This document shows positions 29,770 through 39,357 of a stretch of DNA of 64,000 nt, one piece after another. The notes below the pieces were generated by a model. The model saw only the letters and a program-made list of their open reading frames with translations. It ran no database searches and had not been told where the DNA came from. Positions within the stretch are counted from its first letter, which is position 1; the number at the start of each line of letters is the position of its first letter. A program made the translations under genes and the position numbers. The stretch is taken from positions 62,001-126,000 of the IMG/VR virus record IMGVR_UViG_3300005613_000001; one strand, given 5' to 3'.

Positions 29770-30866
29770 GCGAACAATACGATTTAGAACTTATACTACC
29801 TGTCTGTAATAAAAATCAGTATGGCCGAAGATTAGCTGATTTCAAAAAATACGGTCTTTTAAATATAAAAGATAAAAAGGTAAGAGTTGATCTCTTAGTC
29901 GGGCCTGAGAAATTCCGTGAGAATCCAAAAGAAGGATGGCCTAGTGGGGTAGATGTAACTGTTGTTGTAGAAAAACAAACTCCAGAAACAGCTAAAATAT
30001 ACAATTACCTATCCACTTGGACAGCCGAAGACGCACTCAGATCTCGATGGTTCGCTAAATTTGATGATGATAGCATAAATGATCTCTCTCATTTGGTTGA
30101 CATGCTAGACTTAGAATATGACCACCAAAGGGAATACTACATAGTAACTGAATTTAGACACGAACAACACAAGTATGAAGATAACCTACTACGCAAAATG
30201 GGCTTTGAACGATGGTTTAGACAAAGAAATCCATTATGGCACGAATTAGAAGGCTCAGTTGCCTCTCAGGCCGCAATGAAAAGAATAGTAGAAAATAAAA
30301 CTGCTATGAAATTCATGAAAGAAAGATCAAAAATATTAGAAGGATACTCCGACTACTGTTTAGCTTGTGCCGCTAGAATTTGTAAAATCTACCCCTCCGA
30401 TGCTTACTTCCTCTCAAAAGATCCGCAAATCGGACAATTTTCTATGCTCGGAGGACATTTAGCCCACATTCATACCATTTCACATGATAGAGCGCCTCAT
30501 GCATTTGATCTATTGCAACGAATGCTCAACAAGACAATGCATAGCTCTAATGGACAGGGGAAAAGATTATATGAACAAGTATTAAATAGAGATTTTGTCT
30601 TCAAACGTGATTCTTTAGATAAAATAGCTATGATTCATTTAAGCCCAAACGGCATAATTGAACACAATAACTCAGAAGAGCGAATTTGGCATATTACAGA
30701 TACAGGAACCCTAGAATTTCTTGCTAATGATGGAACACTAAGAATTGTTTTTGATAACTTCGATGATGATTTTAAAATGTTAGAAGGATATTGCGTCTTT
30801 AAGAAAGCCACACACAACAAACTTGAAGTTAATCCAGCAAAACCATTTATAAGAAGACTTGCTTAG
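29766..30866 (+). CDS. putative glycosyltransferase
   Basis: LILPV, WFAKFDDDS (DxD); cluster context. Confidence 0.55.
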   Translation: MSEQYDLELILPVCNKNQYGRRLADFKKYGLLNIKDKKVRVDLLVGPEKFRENPKEGWPSGVDVTVVVEKQTPETAKIYNYLSTWTAEDALRSRWFAKFDDDSINDLSHLVDMLDLEYDHQREYYIVTEFRHEQHKYEDNLLRKMGFERWFRQRNPLWHELEGSVASQAAMKRIVENKTAMKFMKERSKILEGYSDYCLACAARICKIYPSDAYFLSKDPQIGQFSMLGGHLAHIHTISHDRAPHAFDLLQRMLNKTMHSSNGQGKRLYEQVLNRDFVFKRDSLDKIAMIHLSPNGIIEHNNSEERIWHITDTGTLEFLANDGTLRIVFDNFDDDFKMLEGYCVFKKATHNKLEVNPAKPFIRRLA

Positions 30867-31611
30867 TATAACCATATCTGTCCATCATGGTGAGAAATTT
30901 GTTCTTGATTTCCCCATCAGGAATATCATCTGATGTGAGATCCTTTTCCCTATTACGCATAGTATTAATTTGCTTGTTCTTAAAGACTACACGCTGAACA
31001 GGAACCTTCAAAAATTCAAAAAACCCATCAGGAAATTCATCTTCCGCCCGATGAAAATAATAGGGGCGACTCTTACCAAGCTTCTCAATACGCCCGTTCC
31101 ATTCCAATAAATAAGAACAGGCCCGTTCAATGGGATTCTCTACACTACTCAATGATTTACAATGATGCCACATCCACTGCTCCCAACCCCTTTTATTAAA
31201 TGGGTTTTCTTTCAATCCTTGAAAATATTGTAAATCTTTAATAAAAGAACTAATCACGGAAAGGGGATTTCTTACGACATGAATAACAGGTACGTCTTGT
31301 AGATTAAATTTATTTAAATAAGGCAGTGCCATATAGCTTGAATCAGCCACTATATCATTCAAATGAACCCAACCGTGATTCCCAGCGCATTTGCTCATTG
31401 TGGGTTTTCGTTCACCAAATACTCGCTTCTCAATCACACCAGGCTTTGCTTGATTGAAAATGCTCTCATGCCCACAAGGGACTCCCAATGATGTGAGCAC
31501 CCTTGCCATATAGACAGTACCACATCTTCCCGTTCCTGTAACAATATACTTTAAAAATGTCATATCATTATAAATTAGTTTTACTTCTTTAAATGTATGC
31601 GAAGTTATCAT
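30847..31611 (-). CDS. sulfotransferase-like P-loop protein (start probably about 31563)
   Basis: IVTGTGRCGT, CGHE, IHVVRNPLSVISS. Confidence 0.72.
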   Translation of the reverse strand: MITSHTFKEVKLIYNDMTFLKYIVTGTGRCGTVYMARVLTSLGVPCGHESIFNQAKPGVIEKRVFGERKPTMSKCAGNHGWVHLNDIVADSSYMALPYLNKFNLQDVPVIHVVRNPLSVISSFIKDLQYFQGLKENPFNKRGWEQWMWHHCKSLSSVENPIERACSYLLEWNGRIEKLGKSRPYYFHRAEDEFPDGFFEFLKVPVQRVVFKNKQINTMRNREKDLTSDDIPDGEIKNKFLTMMDRYGYTKQVFL

Positions 31612-32694
31612 TATCTAATCGTCGGAAGTGGGCTTTTTGGCGCTACGTTTGCTAGAGAATTAAAAAAAGCCGGGAAAAAAGTCCTGGTTATTGAAAAAGA
31701 CGATCATGTTGGTGGTCATGTCTACACAAAAAAAATACACGGGGCGGAAATTCACCTGTATGGCCCTCATATCTTTCATACTGATAGTAAAAAAATATGG
31801 GACTACGTGAATAACGTAGTAGAATTTGAACCCTACTTCCATAAAGTGAAAGCTAAATACGGCAACAAGATATACTCCCTGCCGTTCAATATGTCAACAT
31901 TCTACGAATTGTGGGGATGCACAACACCTGGGGAAGCTTACCAAGAGATTGAGAAACAAAAGGTCAAAATAGAAAACCCACAAAATTTAGAAGATTGGGT
32001 ATTATCTCAAATCGGCCCAGACTTGTATCAAACCCTCATTTATGGTTATAATAAGAAACAATGGAGTAAAGAACCTCGTAAGCTGCCCGCCTCTTTAATT
32101 AAAAGGCTACCCCTAAGATTCAATTACAACGACAATTACCACCACAGTCGCTATTCGGGGTTGCCTGTTGGGGGTTATACAAACTTTGTAAATGAATTAT
32201 TAAAAGATGTAGATGTTCAATTAAATACAGACTTCTTTGAGATTAAGAAATGGCAGAAGATTGCCAAAAAATTAATTTATTCAGGCCCTATTGACCAATT
32301 GTTTGATTACAAATATGGGACATTAGAATATCGGAGCTTAGAATTTAAACATGTAGTATTAGACTACAGTTTTCAAGGCATCCCCCAGATGAATCACACA
32401 GAAGCAGATGTGCCATTTACGAGGACGGTTGAACACAAATACTTCCGCAGAGAAACAGCCGACAACCCCAGATCGGTTGTAACTTATGAATACCCAATCA
32501 ATTGGGAGCCAGGGAAGAAGAGATACTACCCAATCAACGACGATAGGAACAATGAGATAAATCGGAAATACCAAGAGGAATTGGGAAAACAACCCAAAGT
32601 CATAGCCGGGGGACGGCTCGGCACTTACCGCTACCTAGATATGCACATGGTTATTGGACAAGCACTCAAAATGGCAGAAAAGGAGTTGTCGTGA
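31597..32694 (+). CDS. glf: UDP-galactopyranose mutase
   Basis: IVGSGLFGA, YGPHIFHT, LEYRSL, YYPIND, GRLGTYRYLDM. Confidence 0.96.
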   Translation: MRSYHYLIVGSGLFGATFARELKKAGKKVLVIEKDDHVGGHVYTKKIHGAEIHLYGPHIFHTDSKKIWDYVNNVVEFEPYFHKVKAKYGNKIYSLPFNMSTFYELWGCTTPGEAYQEIEKQKVKIENPQNLEDWVLSQIGPDLYQTLIYGYNKKQWSKEPRKLPASLIKRLPLRFNYNDNYHHSRYSGLPVGGYTNFVNELLKDVDVQLNTDFFEIKKWQKIAKKLIYSGPIDQLFDYKYGTLEYRSLEFKHVVLDYSFQGIPQMNHTEADVPFTRTVEHKYFRRETADNPRSVVTYEYPINWEPGKKRYYPINDDRNNEINRKYQEELGKQPKVIAGGRLGTYRYLDMHMVIGQALKMAEKELS

Positions 32695-33212
32695 AATTGA
32701 AATTCGTTGAAAACCTATTTGGTGTGGGCGATAAACCTAATACTAAATGTTGTGTGTTTGAACAGGAACGATATGAAGATAATCGGGGGTTTTTCCAAGA
32801 ACTATACCGCACAGACTTCTTTATTGACCAAATAAGCTACTCAACATCTAATAAAAATGTGGTAAGAGGCTTACATTGCTCGCCGTATCCAAAACTGTGC
32901 CAATGTCTTAGGGGAAGACTCTTTGATGTGGCTGTGGACATGCGGAAAGATTCCCCAACCTATTTACAATGGGGCGGGGTGTGGTTAGATGAAGATAACC
33001 GCAGACAGCTTTATGTGCCACCCAATTGCGCCCACGGATTCTACGCCGCAGAGGACAATACTATACTCTTGTATGTCCAAGGTGGGCAATGGAGCCACGG
33101 AAACGACAAAGAATATAACTGGCGTGACCCTGCATTCAGCATAGATTGGCCGGAAGCCGAAGAATACATCTTATCTGAAAAGGATAAAAATGCTGCTTTT
33201 CTTGATATATAA
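32691..33212 (+). CDS. rmlC: dTDP-4-dehydrorhamnose 3,5-epimerase
   Basis: DNRGFFQE, VVRGLH, DVAVDMRKDSPT, LYVP..CAHGF, LSEKD. Confidence 0.94.
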   Translation: MKLKFVENLFGVGDKPNTKCCVFEQERYEDNRGFFQELYRTDFFIDQISYSTSNKNVVRGLHCSPYPKLCQCLRGRLFDVAVDMRKDSPTYLQWGGVWLDEDNRRQLYVPPNCAHGFYAAEDNTILLYVQGGQWSHGNDKEYNWRDPAFSIDWPEAEEYILSEKDKNAAFLDI

Positions 33213-33216
33213 TCCT

Positions 33217-33405
33217 ATGGACGAACAACAGGAACTTGAATTCAAGAAATGGCTTCAAAAAGAAGGACTTTGGCTAAATGACTCAAACGCCGAAGAAACA
33301 AGAGGCGGCGTTCGGGCAAAAGCAATGAGCAAACGAGGCCAGCCCGGCTCTCTAGCCCCAATGGGAGGCGGCATGGGTGGGATGGGCTCTCTAGCGCTTA
33401 GATAG
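33217..33405 (+). CDS. small putative late protein
   Basis: TATATA-ATCCT-ATG; FKKWL motif; Gly/Met tail. Confidence 0.55.
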   Translation: MDEQQELEFKKWLQKEGLWLNDSNAEETRGGVRAKAMSKRGQPGSLAPMGGGMGGMGSLALR

Positions 33406-33407
33406 CT

Positions 33408-33743
33408 TTACCAACAGATTTCAATTAGAATCTCTTCAACACCCGTTAAATCAACTTCGGTATCAACAAGCCACTTCTCAATGGCAAGCCCATACCTGTC
33501 AATGAACTCTTCTAATGTGCCATCGAAGTTGTTAGTTTCCTGTTGATCCCTATGATAAGCTTCTATATTCGCCTGTGTCAATTCGTCAGCCCATGTTGAA
33601 CCTTCATCCGGTTCAAATTCCGACCACAATTTCAAATAGATATCATTTGCAAATCTTTCTGCCACCTTATTTTGAACGGCTTCCTGAATTTCTTGGGGAA
33701 GTTCAGTGTACTTGAGAAATAGAACTGTTTTTTTAGAAAACAT
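33408..33743 (-). CDS. hypothetical protein
   Basis: GGAGG SD. Confidence 0.7.
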   Translation of the reverse strand: MFSKKTVLFLKYTELPQEIQEAVQNKVAERFANDIYLKLWSEFEPDEGSTWADELTQANIEAYHRDQQETNNFDGTLEEFIDRYGLAIEKWLVDTEVDLTGVEEILIEICW

Positions 33744-33757
33744 TTATCACCCTCCAC

Positions 33758-33794
33758 AAAAAACGACCCGCCCAGATGAAACCTGGACGGGTCG
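33758..33794 (-). terminator. intrinsic terminator
   Basis: CGACCCG-C-CCAG/CTGG-A-CGGGTCG stem plus T6 on the minus strand. Confidence 0.7.
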
Positions 33795-33827
33795 CGTAGC
33801 CGGGGCCGCAGAACCCCGAACCGTAAA

Positions 33828-35462
33828 TCATTTCTGCTTAGTGAGGGGCACCGTTGGAGTGACATTCTTCAAATCAGTCCAAAGGGTTCCTTCACCGGCA
33901 TACAGAAAGTTCAACTTAATATCTTCAGGCAAACCTTCAGCAAACTGCCAATTGGTGTAAGCAATTGAATCACCGAACGCCTGAACAGCTAACGCAAACT
34001 TCTGCGATTTAGCTTCCTGTTGAAGTTTTTCAGCCGTTGCTTCGGCTTCTCCAACCACAACAGTTCGTTGGGCATCTAGCTCGGCAACCTGTTTATCAAT
34101 CGCTGCTACCAATTTTTCGGTTTCAGCTTCAATTTCGCCAGCCTGCTTTTCACCTTCAGCAACAGCCTCGGCGGCGAGTTTCTTGGTTTCCTCTGAAATC
34201 CTAGCCGCACCCAAAACAACCATTTGTTCAGCTTCACGAAGATTAGCTTCAACTTTGGCTGTATCCTTCTCTTGACTTCGGGTTAGCTTCAATTCATCGG
34301 CAATGTATCCCTCTTGAATAGGAATCCGCACTTCTTGAGGAATATAAATGTGCCGTACCAAGCCATAAAGTAAGGTTACATTCTTCCCACCTTCCATTAG
34401 GGTTGTGCCGTCCTCTTGTGGAACTTCACCACCCTCCAAGACACTCTTAAACTGGGAAGATGTATCCGTTTGAAATTGCTGGCGACTCTCACCAACAAGC
34501 AGATCAACAGCACCCAACTTGCTACCATTGTTACGACAAATGGATTCAGATTGAGGGATAATAACCTTTTGCTCTACCGCCTCAACATTTCCAAAAGTTC
34601 TAACAATTTGTGGGGCTTGCTCGGGCATGATTCCCCAAATGGCGGTGAAATCCAAATGAATTTTAAAGCCATCATTTGAAGGGAATGAAATACCAGTATC
34701 TTCCACCGGCAGATGCTCACCACTTTCATCCACAAAATACACGGGACGTTCAGGAGTTGAGCCTTCTCCCAGTTTCTTATCTACGGTAATGCTGGTTTCG
34801 CAATATCCAATTTCAACAATATCAACCTGCGCTTCTCGGGGATTCACAGGATACAACCCAGGTGGCAGAACCTTCTCTTGAATGCCCGCTACAAGCTTGG
34901 CTGTCTTGTCGTCAGTCAGATAAGTAACAACACCAACATAACCAGCAGGAATCTCTACCCATCCAGAGTGTTTTACCTGCAATCCTACCTTCTCGGTTTG
35001 AGTTTGCACAGTTTTAAACTCATACGCATAAGGGTGCGCCCGATAACGACCAGGACCGAAACACTTCCGAAGGATACCCTTGTATTTAGTATCTCCCAAA
35101 TCACCATCTACAAGGAATTGTCCCTTGTCCAAGTTGTCGCCCAATTTACTTGTGCAAATGCCAACTTGACCGGGTTGAATAACAACATCCGGCACAATGG
35201 TTCGCTCATACCAAATGGGGCAGTAAAAATGCCGACCAGGGCCTCTAAGATTTGCCAAAACTCCAATTTCCCCCTCTTGGGCGAAATGTCCCACTTTGGC
35301 ATAATTCTTACTACCAAAAATAAGCGGACCTTTGTACCTCAGCATGAGGTTGTAGCCCTCGGGCACATAAACCCGATTGACCGTCCAATTGAAAGCCTCA
35401 TAGCCTAAGTAAAGTCCCAAACACGCGACAATAGCAACAACTGTAATTCTAATAGACTTCAT
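33828..35462 (-). CDS. SPFH/band 7 domain membrane protein
   Basis: N-terminal TM, repeated GI...VL.PG.Y..NP units, FPSNDGF, Ala/Glu coiled coil. Confidence 0.85.
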   Translation of the reverse strand: MKSIRITVVAIVACLGLYLGYEAFNWTVNRVYVPEGYNLMLRYKGPLIFGSKNYAKVGHFAQEGEIGVLANLRGPGRHFYCPIWYERTIVPDVVIQPGQVGICTSKLGDNLDKGQFLVDGDLGDTKYKGILRKCFGPGRYRAHPYAYEFKTVQTQTEKVGLQVKHSGWVEIPAGYVGVVTYLTDDKTAKLVAGIQEKVLPPGLYPVNPREAQVDIVEIGYCETSITVDKKLGEGSTPERPVYFVDESGEHLPVEDTGISFPSNDGFKIHLDFTAIWGIMPEQAPQIVRTFGNVEAVEQKVIIPQSESICRNNGSKLGAVDLLVGESRQQFQTDTSSQFKSVLEGGEVPQEDGTTLMEGGKNVTLLYGLVRHIYIPQEVRIPIQEGYIADELKLTRSQEKDTAKVEANLREAEQMVVLGAARISEETKKLAAEAVAEGEKQAGEIEAETEKLVAAIDKQVAELDAQRTVVVGEAEATAEKLQQEAKSQKFALAVQAFGDSIAYTNWQFAEGLPEDIKLNFLYAGEGTLWTDLKNVTPTVPLTKQK

Positions 35463-35480
35463 ACTTTTCTCCTTATTCTT

Positions 35481-37061
35481 TTAGTTCTCGGGTTGAACGG
35501 CGGGAATTCCTTGAGCAGAACTCTCACTGAATTCTTTGAAAATGGATACCAGAGGACTAGACTCGCCCTTAATAGGACCGTCCGCTGTATTCACCATCAT
35601 TGCACGATAAGCGGGGGCAATCTTCTTGAACAAAGTCCAACGAGCATACTCATTGCCATCCCCACTAAAGGCTGCTACAGCAGCTTTCCAACCCGCTGCT
35701 TCCGCCTCATTGTTGAACATGATAACTTCAGCTTCGGCCTTACCTTTAGCCAAAATCGCAGAAGCTAAATCTTTTGCCGCTTCAAGTCGCTCTGTTGCCA
35801 CTTGAAGATCTTTGTTGGCAGCAATCAAAGCCAATTCCTGCTTTTTCTTGGCTTCCGTTACTTCAACAACCACTTCCTGATCGGCTTCAACTAAAGCTTT
35901 CTTCTGTAATACTAAAGCATTTTCAACAGCAAGTTCTTGTTCAGAAGTTTGCTGTTCAATTTGCTTCTCGTACTGTCCAAGCTGTTGAAAAGCAATTTGA
36001 CAATCCCGAACAGGACCAGCAATCTTTTGAGGCGGGCGAATCTTGGTAATCAAAGCTTGAATGATTTCCACGCCCTGAGAACTACATGTCGCTTGAAGGT
36101 CTTTTTGGAATTCCTCTTGGAATTGAACGCGGGTTTCGCCAGAGATGAATTCTCTACCAGAATGGTTAGAACCCTTCAAACGAGCAAATGTGCGAGCATT
36201 GGGGAGGATAATCTTCTTGATGATTTCCTCATCAATCGCATCACCATTTTCTGTGTCATTATAAATGACATAAACAGAAGATGCTTTATCTGGCATTACC
36301 CTGAATTCAATAATCCCTTCCAGAGAAACCCAGAAACCATCCTTAGTTGGGAAGCCCAAATCTCCCGCCACGGTGCCAGCCTCAGACAAATTAAACCTCT
36401 GACTGCGGCAATCCACCAAGTTAATGTCAGTCACATAAGGATTGACATAATATGTTCCGGGGTCCAACATTGTATCTTGAACACCACGGGAATTGCTGTC
36501 TACCAAAAGAACATTTGGATCTTCAGGTACAGGGGCGCTCAAGTTAGTTACGATGCCCTTGAAACCAGCGGGGACAGTTACAGGCGAGAACATTTCAATA
36601 TGTTCTGCGTAGTTGTCAATTGCTCGCTTAGGAGTACCAATAACCCAAGCATTCAAAGCATAACGTCCAGGTCGTAAGACTTCGGGGACAATACCCTTTT
36701 GGGTTTCTTCCCAGGCAATAAGAGTTCGTGGGGGTAGATCTTCCCCATAGAGCCGAACCCTCACTCCTAACTGACCCTCTGGAATTTCAATCTGAGGGTA
36801 AACTTCCCAATCCCAAACAAACGGGTTCTTGAAATACCGACCTTCTGCCAGTACGTCCTTTTGAACCCCTTTATACTCATCGGTTAAGGCAATCTCTTCA
36901 TTGGGAGGAAGATCGGTGCCTGTCTTTTTCGTCAAAACTGCCAAACTTTTGCTCGGAACTTCAATCCGGCAGTTTGTGTAGATGAAAAAGGGAGAAAAAA
37001 CCAAAATAAACACACCTAACACACACCACGCAATAATCTTTAGACCAGTCGTACTTTCCAT
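35481..37061 (-). CDS. SPFH/band 7 domain membrane protein
   Basis: paralog of neighbour; GVQ..VL..GRY..NP, FPTKDGF. Confidence 0.85.
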   Translation of the reverse strand: MESTTGLKIIAWCVLGVFILVFSPFFIYTNCRIEVPSKSLAVLTKKTGTDLPPNEEIALTDEYKGVQKDVLAEGRYFKNPFVWDWEVYPQIEIPEGQLGVRVRLYGEDLPPRTLIAWEETQKGIVPEVLRPGRYALNAWVIGTPKRAIDNYAEHIEMFSPVTVPAGFKGIVTNLSAPVPEDPNVLLVDSNSRGVQDTMLDPGTYYVNPYVTDINLVDCRSQRFNLSEAGTVAGDLGFPTKDGFWVSLEGIIEFRVMPDKASSVYVIYNDTENGDAIDEEIIKKIILPNARTFARLKGSNHSGREFISGETRVQFQEEFQKDLQATCSSQGVEIIQALITKIRPPQKIAGPVRDCQIAFQQLGQYEKQIEQQTSEQELAVENALVLQKKALVEADQEVVVEVTEAKKKQELALIAANKDLQVATERLEAAKDLASAILAKGKAEAEVIMFNNEAEAAGWKAAVAAFSGDGNEYARWTLFKKIAPAYRAMMVNTADGPIKGESSPLVSIFKEFSESSAQGIPAVQPEN

Positions 37062-37178
37062 TGCTTGCTCCTTTCATGAGAGCCATTCGAAAACATTCGT
37101 GTCTTTCCCATCATATCATAAAAACCGCCAATGTAAACTGGCGGTTTGGGTAAGATAGAACCTCTCAGGGTACAATTC

Positions 37179-37508
37179 CTATTCCAGCCACTCTCCATCC
37201 TTTTTAAATCCCCGCCTCTCTAATTCTTTATTGACGCGGGTTGCTATTTTTGCCCTGAAGAATTCATCCTCTTCTTCTAATCCATCGGCAGTCAAACCCA
37301 TGTCGTCAAGAACCTCATCTATGAGGCGGCATCTTCTCTCTCGCCTCTCCAAAATACGCCGAAGTGTTTTGCCCAATTCCGCAGCACTTTCAGCTACCTT
37401 GCGAGATGTTTCCGCCGCCTCAGTATTTCCAGCCGCTTCTTCTCTAGCTGCAACCTGATCGTAAGCACTCGTAACCAAAGCAGACTTGTCAAGAAGTTCA
37501 TCTTTCAT
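37179..37508 (-). CDS. hypothetical protein
   Basis: 109 aa ORF. Confidence 0.65.
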   Translation of the reverse strand: MKDELLDKSALVTSAYDQVAAREEAAGNTEAAETSRKVAESAAELGKTLRRILERRERRCRLIDEVLDDMGLTADGLEEEDEFFRAKIATRVNKELERRGFKKDGEWLE

Positions 37509-37541
37509 ATTTAATTTCGGTGTTGCCCACCTATATAGAGT

Positions 37542-38198
37542 ATGAAGACATGTTCAAAATGCAATTTAACTAAAGACGAAACGCTATTTTCTAAGAACTC
37601 TTCCACTAAAGACGGGTTGTACGCATGGTGTAAGGCGTGTGCGAAGGAATACCGGAAAACTGAATATAAAAAAAACAAGGCTCAACACAAAGCAAGAAAC
37701 CGCAAGTGGCGAGAAGAAAATGTTGAACATAATAAGGCTCGCAATCAAAAGTGGTTGAAAGAAAACGCCGAACACCGTAAAGTATATAAAAAGGAATATC
37801 GCAAAAAAAACCAAGAATCAATTAATGCTTATAAGCGGGAGAAATACCAACGAGACATGCAAAATCCTTACTTCAGGCTCAAGGAGTGTCTTCGTAATCG
37901 CCTCCGTAAATACATAAAACGAAAAGGAAACACCCAACGATCTAAAGACTTAACCGGATGCACCATTGAAGAACTTGTACTCCATCTTGAATCAAAATTT
38001 ATGGAAGGAATGACATGGGACAACTATGGGAAGTGGCACGTTGACCATATCATTCCTATTTCCAGCTTCAATCTCACACTAGAAACCGAAGTTGAAAAAT
38101 GTTTCCATTTTACCAATCTTCAACCTTTGTGGGCAAAAGATAATTTAAAAAAAGGCAATCTTATTCAGGATGAACTAACGAAAACTCACCCTTCATAA
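37542..38198 (+). CDS. HNH homing endonuclease
   Basis: CSKC...CKAC, GMTWDNYGKWHVDHIIP...HFTNLQPLW..DN..K; antisense to neighbours. Confidence 0.9.
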   Translation: MKTCSKCNLTKDETLFSKNSSTKDGLYAWCKACAKEYRKTEYKKNKAQHKARNRKWREENVEHNKARNQKWLKENAEHRKVYKKEYRKKNQESINAYKREKYQRDMQNPYFRLKECLRNRLRKYIKRKGNTQRSKDLTGCTIEELVLHLESKFMEGMTWDNYGKWHVDHIIPISSFNLTLETEVEKCFHFTNLQPLWAKDNLKKGNLIQDELTKTHPS

Positions 38199-38954
38199 CC
38201 CTTTTTATGTTCTTAGTCTTAACACCAAAACGATGATCTACACACCTTGATTCCATAAAATTGTAGGTGCGAATTTTATCGCCTCGGTTACCACTTCCAA
38301 CTAAAAACCTACGTAACCTGCTGTACTTCTCATCCGACTTAGACCTGTAGTGATCCTGCACTTTGGCTGTTAGGACTTTTAATGCAGTACGACGATTGGT
38401 ATGTTGATCTCTACCGTTTATGAAAACAGACAGTTTAGTAGGCAAATGTTTCATCCTAACTGCGCTGTCCGTCTTGTTTTGGTGTTGACCACCTTTACCG
38501 TGACCCCCTTGTGTGGTCACTTCTAAATCAGACTCTTTTAAAACAAGCCCATTTTGCTTGTGAATAGGCAGGATTGCTACCTTAATATAGGAAGTCTGCT
38601 TTCTGCCTTTGGATTCGGTTGGTGGGATTCTTTGGCAACAATGCTGCCCACCTTCATACTGAAAAGCCCTACCTGCGCCTTTGCCGAAAAACCTAACGGT
38701 AACATGCCCGTTAGTGCTTTCTAACAATTCGCTCTTGAGGTTAAGGGTTTTCGCATATTTAAGGTATGCAGCAAGCAATTCATCAACAAAGATTTTGGAG
38801 TCTTCACCGCCTTCGCCAAATTGAATCTCTACAACTACTTCATTGGTAGTCTTAAGAAATTCTTTGTAATCATCTAATTCTTGGCTAAAGGCACCCCCTG
38901 TTCTTCAATGCTGCATTGCTAAAGACACCCCCTATTCTTTTTTTTCTCTTTCAT
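38161..38954 (-). CDS. RF1-like class I peptide chain release factor lacking domain 1, predicted to need two +1 frameshifts (about 263 aa)
   Basis: GGQ (GKGGQHQNKTDSAVR), RF1-type PxT (QRIPPTE), EIQFGEGGED, KIRTYNF; AAGGAG-N7-ATG at 38954; segments 38954-38922, 38920-38888 and 38886-38161. Confidence 0.85.
38884..38899 (-). promoter_or_regulatory. programmed +1 frameshift cassette 2 (prfB-type, UAG)
   Basis: AGG GGG TGC CTT TAG C in the +1 frame of cassette 1; its own +1 frame is the RF ORF. Confidence 0.85.
38918..38933 (-). promoter_or_regulatory. programmed +1 frameshift cassette 1 (prfB-type, UAG)
   Basis: AGG GGG TGT CTT TAG C in frame with ATG 38954. Confidence 0.85.
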
Positions 38955-39357
38955 CTTTCATCTCCTTTAGATGGTTCATAAGTCTAGGCACCAAATCGGC
39001 TGCCATTTTCTTTATTGTATCATATTCTATGTAGGGTTGAATAGCCCCGGAATACTCCAAAACATTGACATTTACCTCTTTTGGGGGGAAGTAAGTATCC
39101 CCCAACCACGATCCCTCTTCCCTCTCATGATCTAGTTCGTGTTCCAAGAACTGTACAATTTCAAAACAATTTGCATCATCTTTAGGAACGAACCAATTAA
39201 TATAGCCCGGCAATGAATGTTCTTTGTGGGCTGTCGGCAAACCCGGTTGGTAATGGAACATCGTATAGGTTCCCCACCGGAAAATAATCTCCTGGTGGAG
39301 TGACCACAACTTCATCAAAAAACCAGATATTAAGTCGTCGCCGTTCATTTTATTCAT
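38932..39357 (-). CDS. hypothetical protein
   Basis: 141 aa ORF overlapping the RF start. Confidence 0.7.
   Translation of the reverse strand: MNKMNGDDLISGFLMKLWSLHQEIIFRWGTYTMFHYQPGLPTAHKEHSLPGYINWFVPKDDANCFEIVQFLEHELDHEREEGSWLGDTYFPPKEVNVNVLEYSGAIQPYIEYDTIKKMAADLVPRLMNHLKEMKDEREKKE

Noticed and set aside
34416-36677. Long plus-strand ORFs opposite the SPFH genes, and similar shadow ORFs elsewhere
   Set aside because: Antisense shadows of well-supported genes, with no motifs or SD.
38161-38778. PrfH partner of RtcB
   Set aside because: Has RF1-type QRIPPTE rather than the PrfH SPY..RKNWF pattern, and lies about 27 kb from rtcB.
38905-38916. ATG CAG CAT TGA in the RF frame as a UGA-readthrough start
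   Set aside because: Possible, but it does not explain two correctly phased SD-CTT-TAG-C cassettes and the AAGGAG-led ATG at 38954; kept only as a minor alternative.
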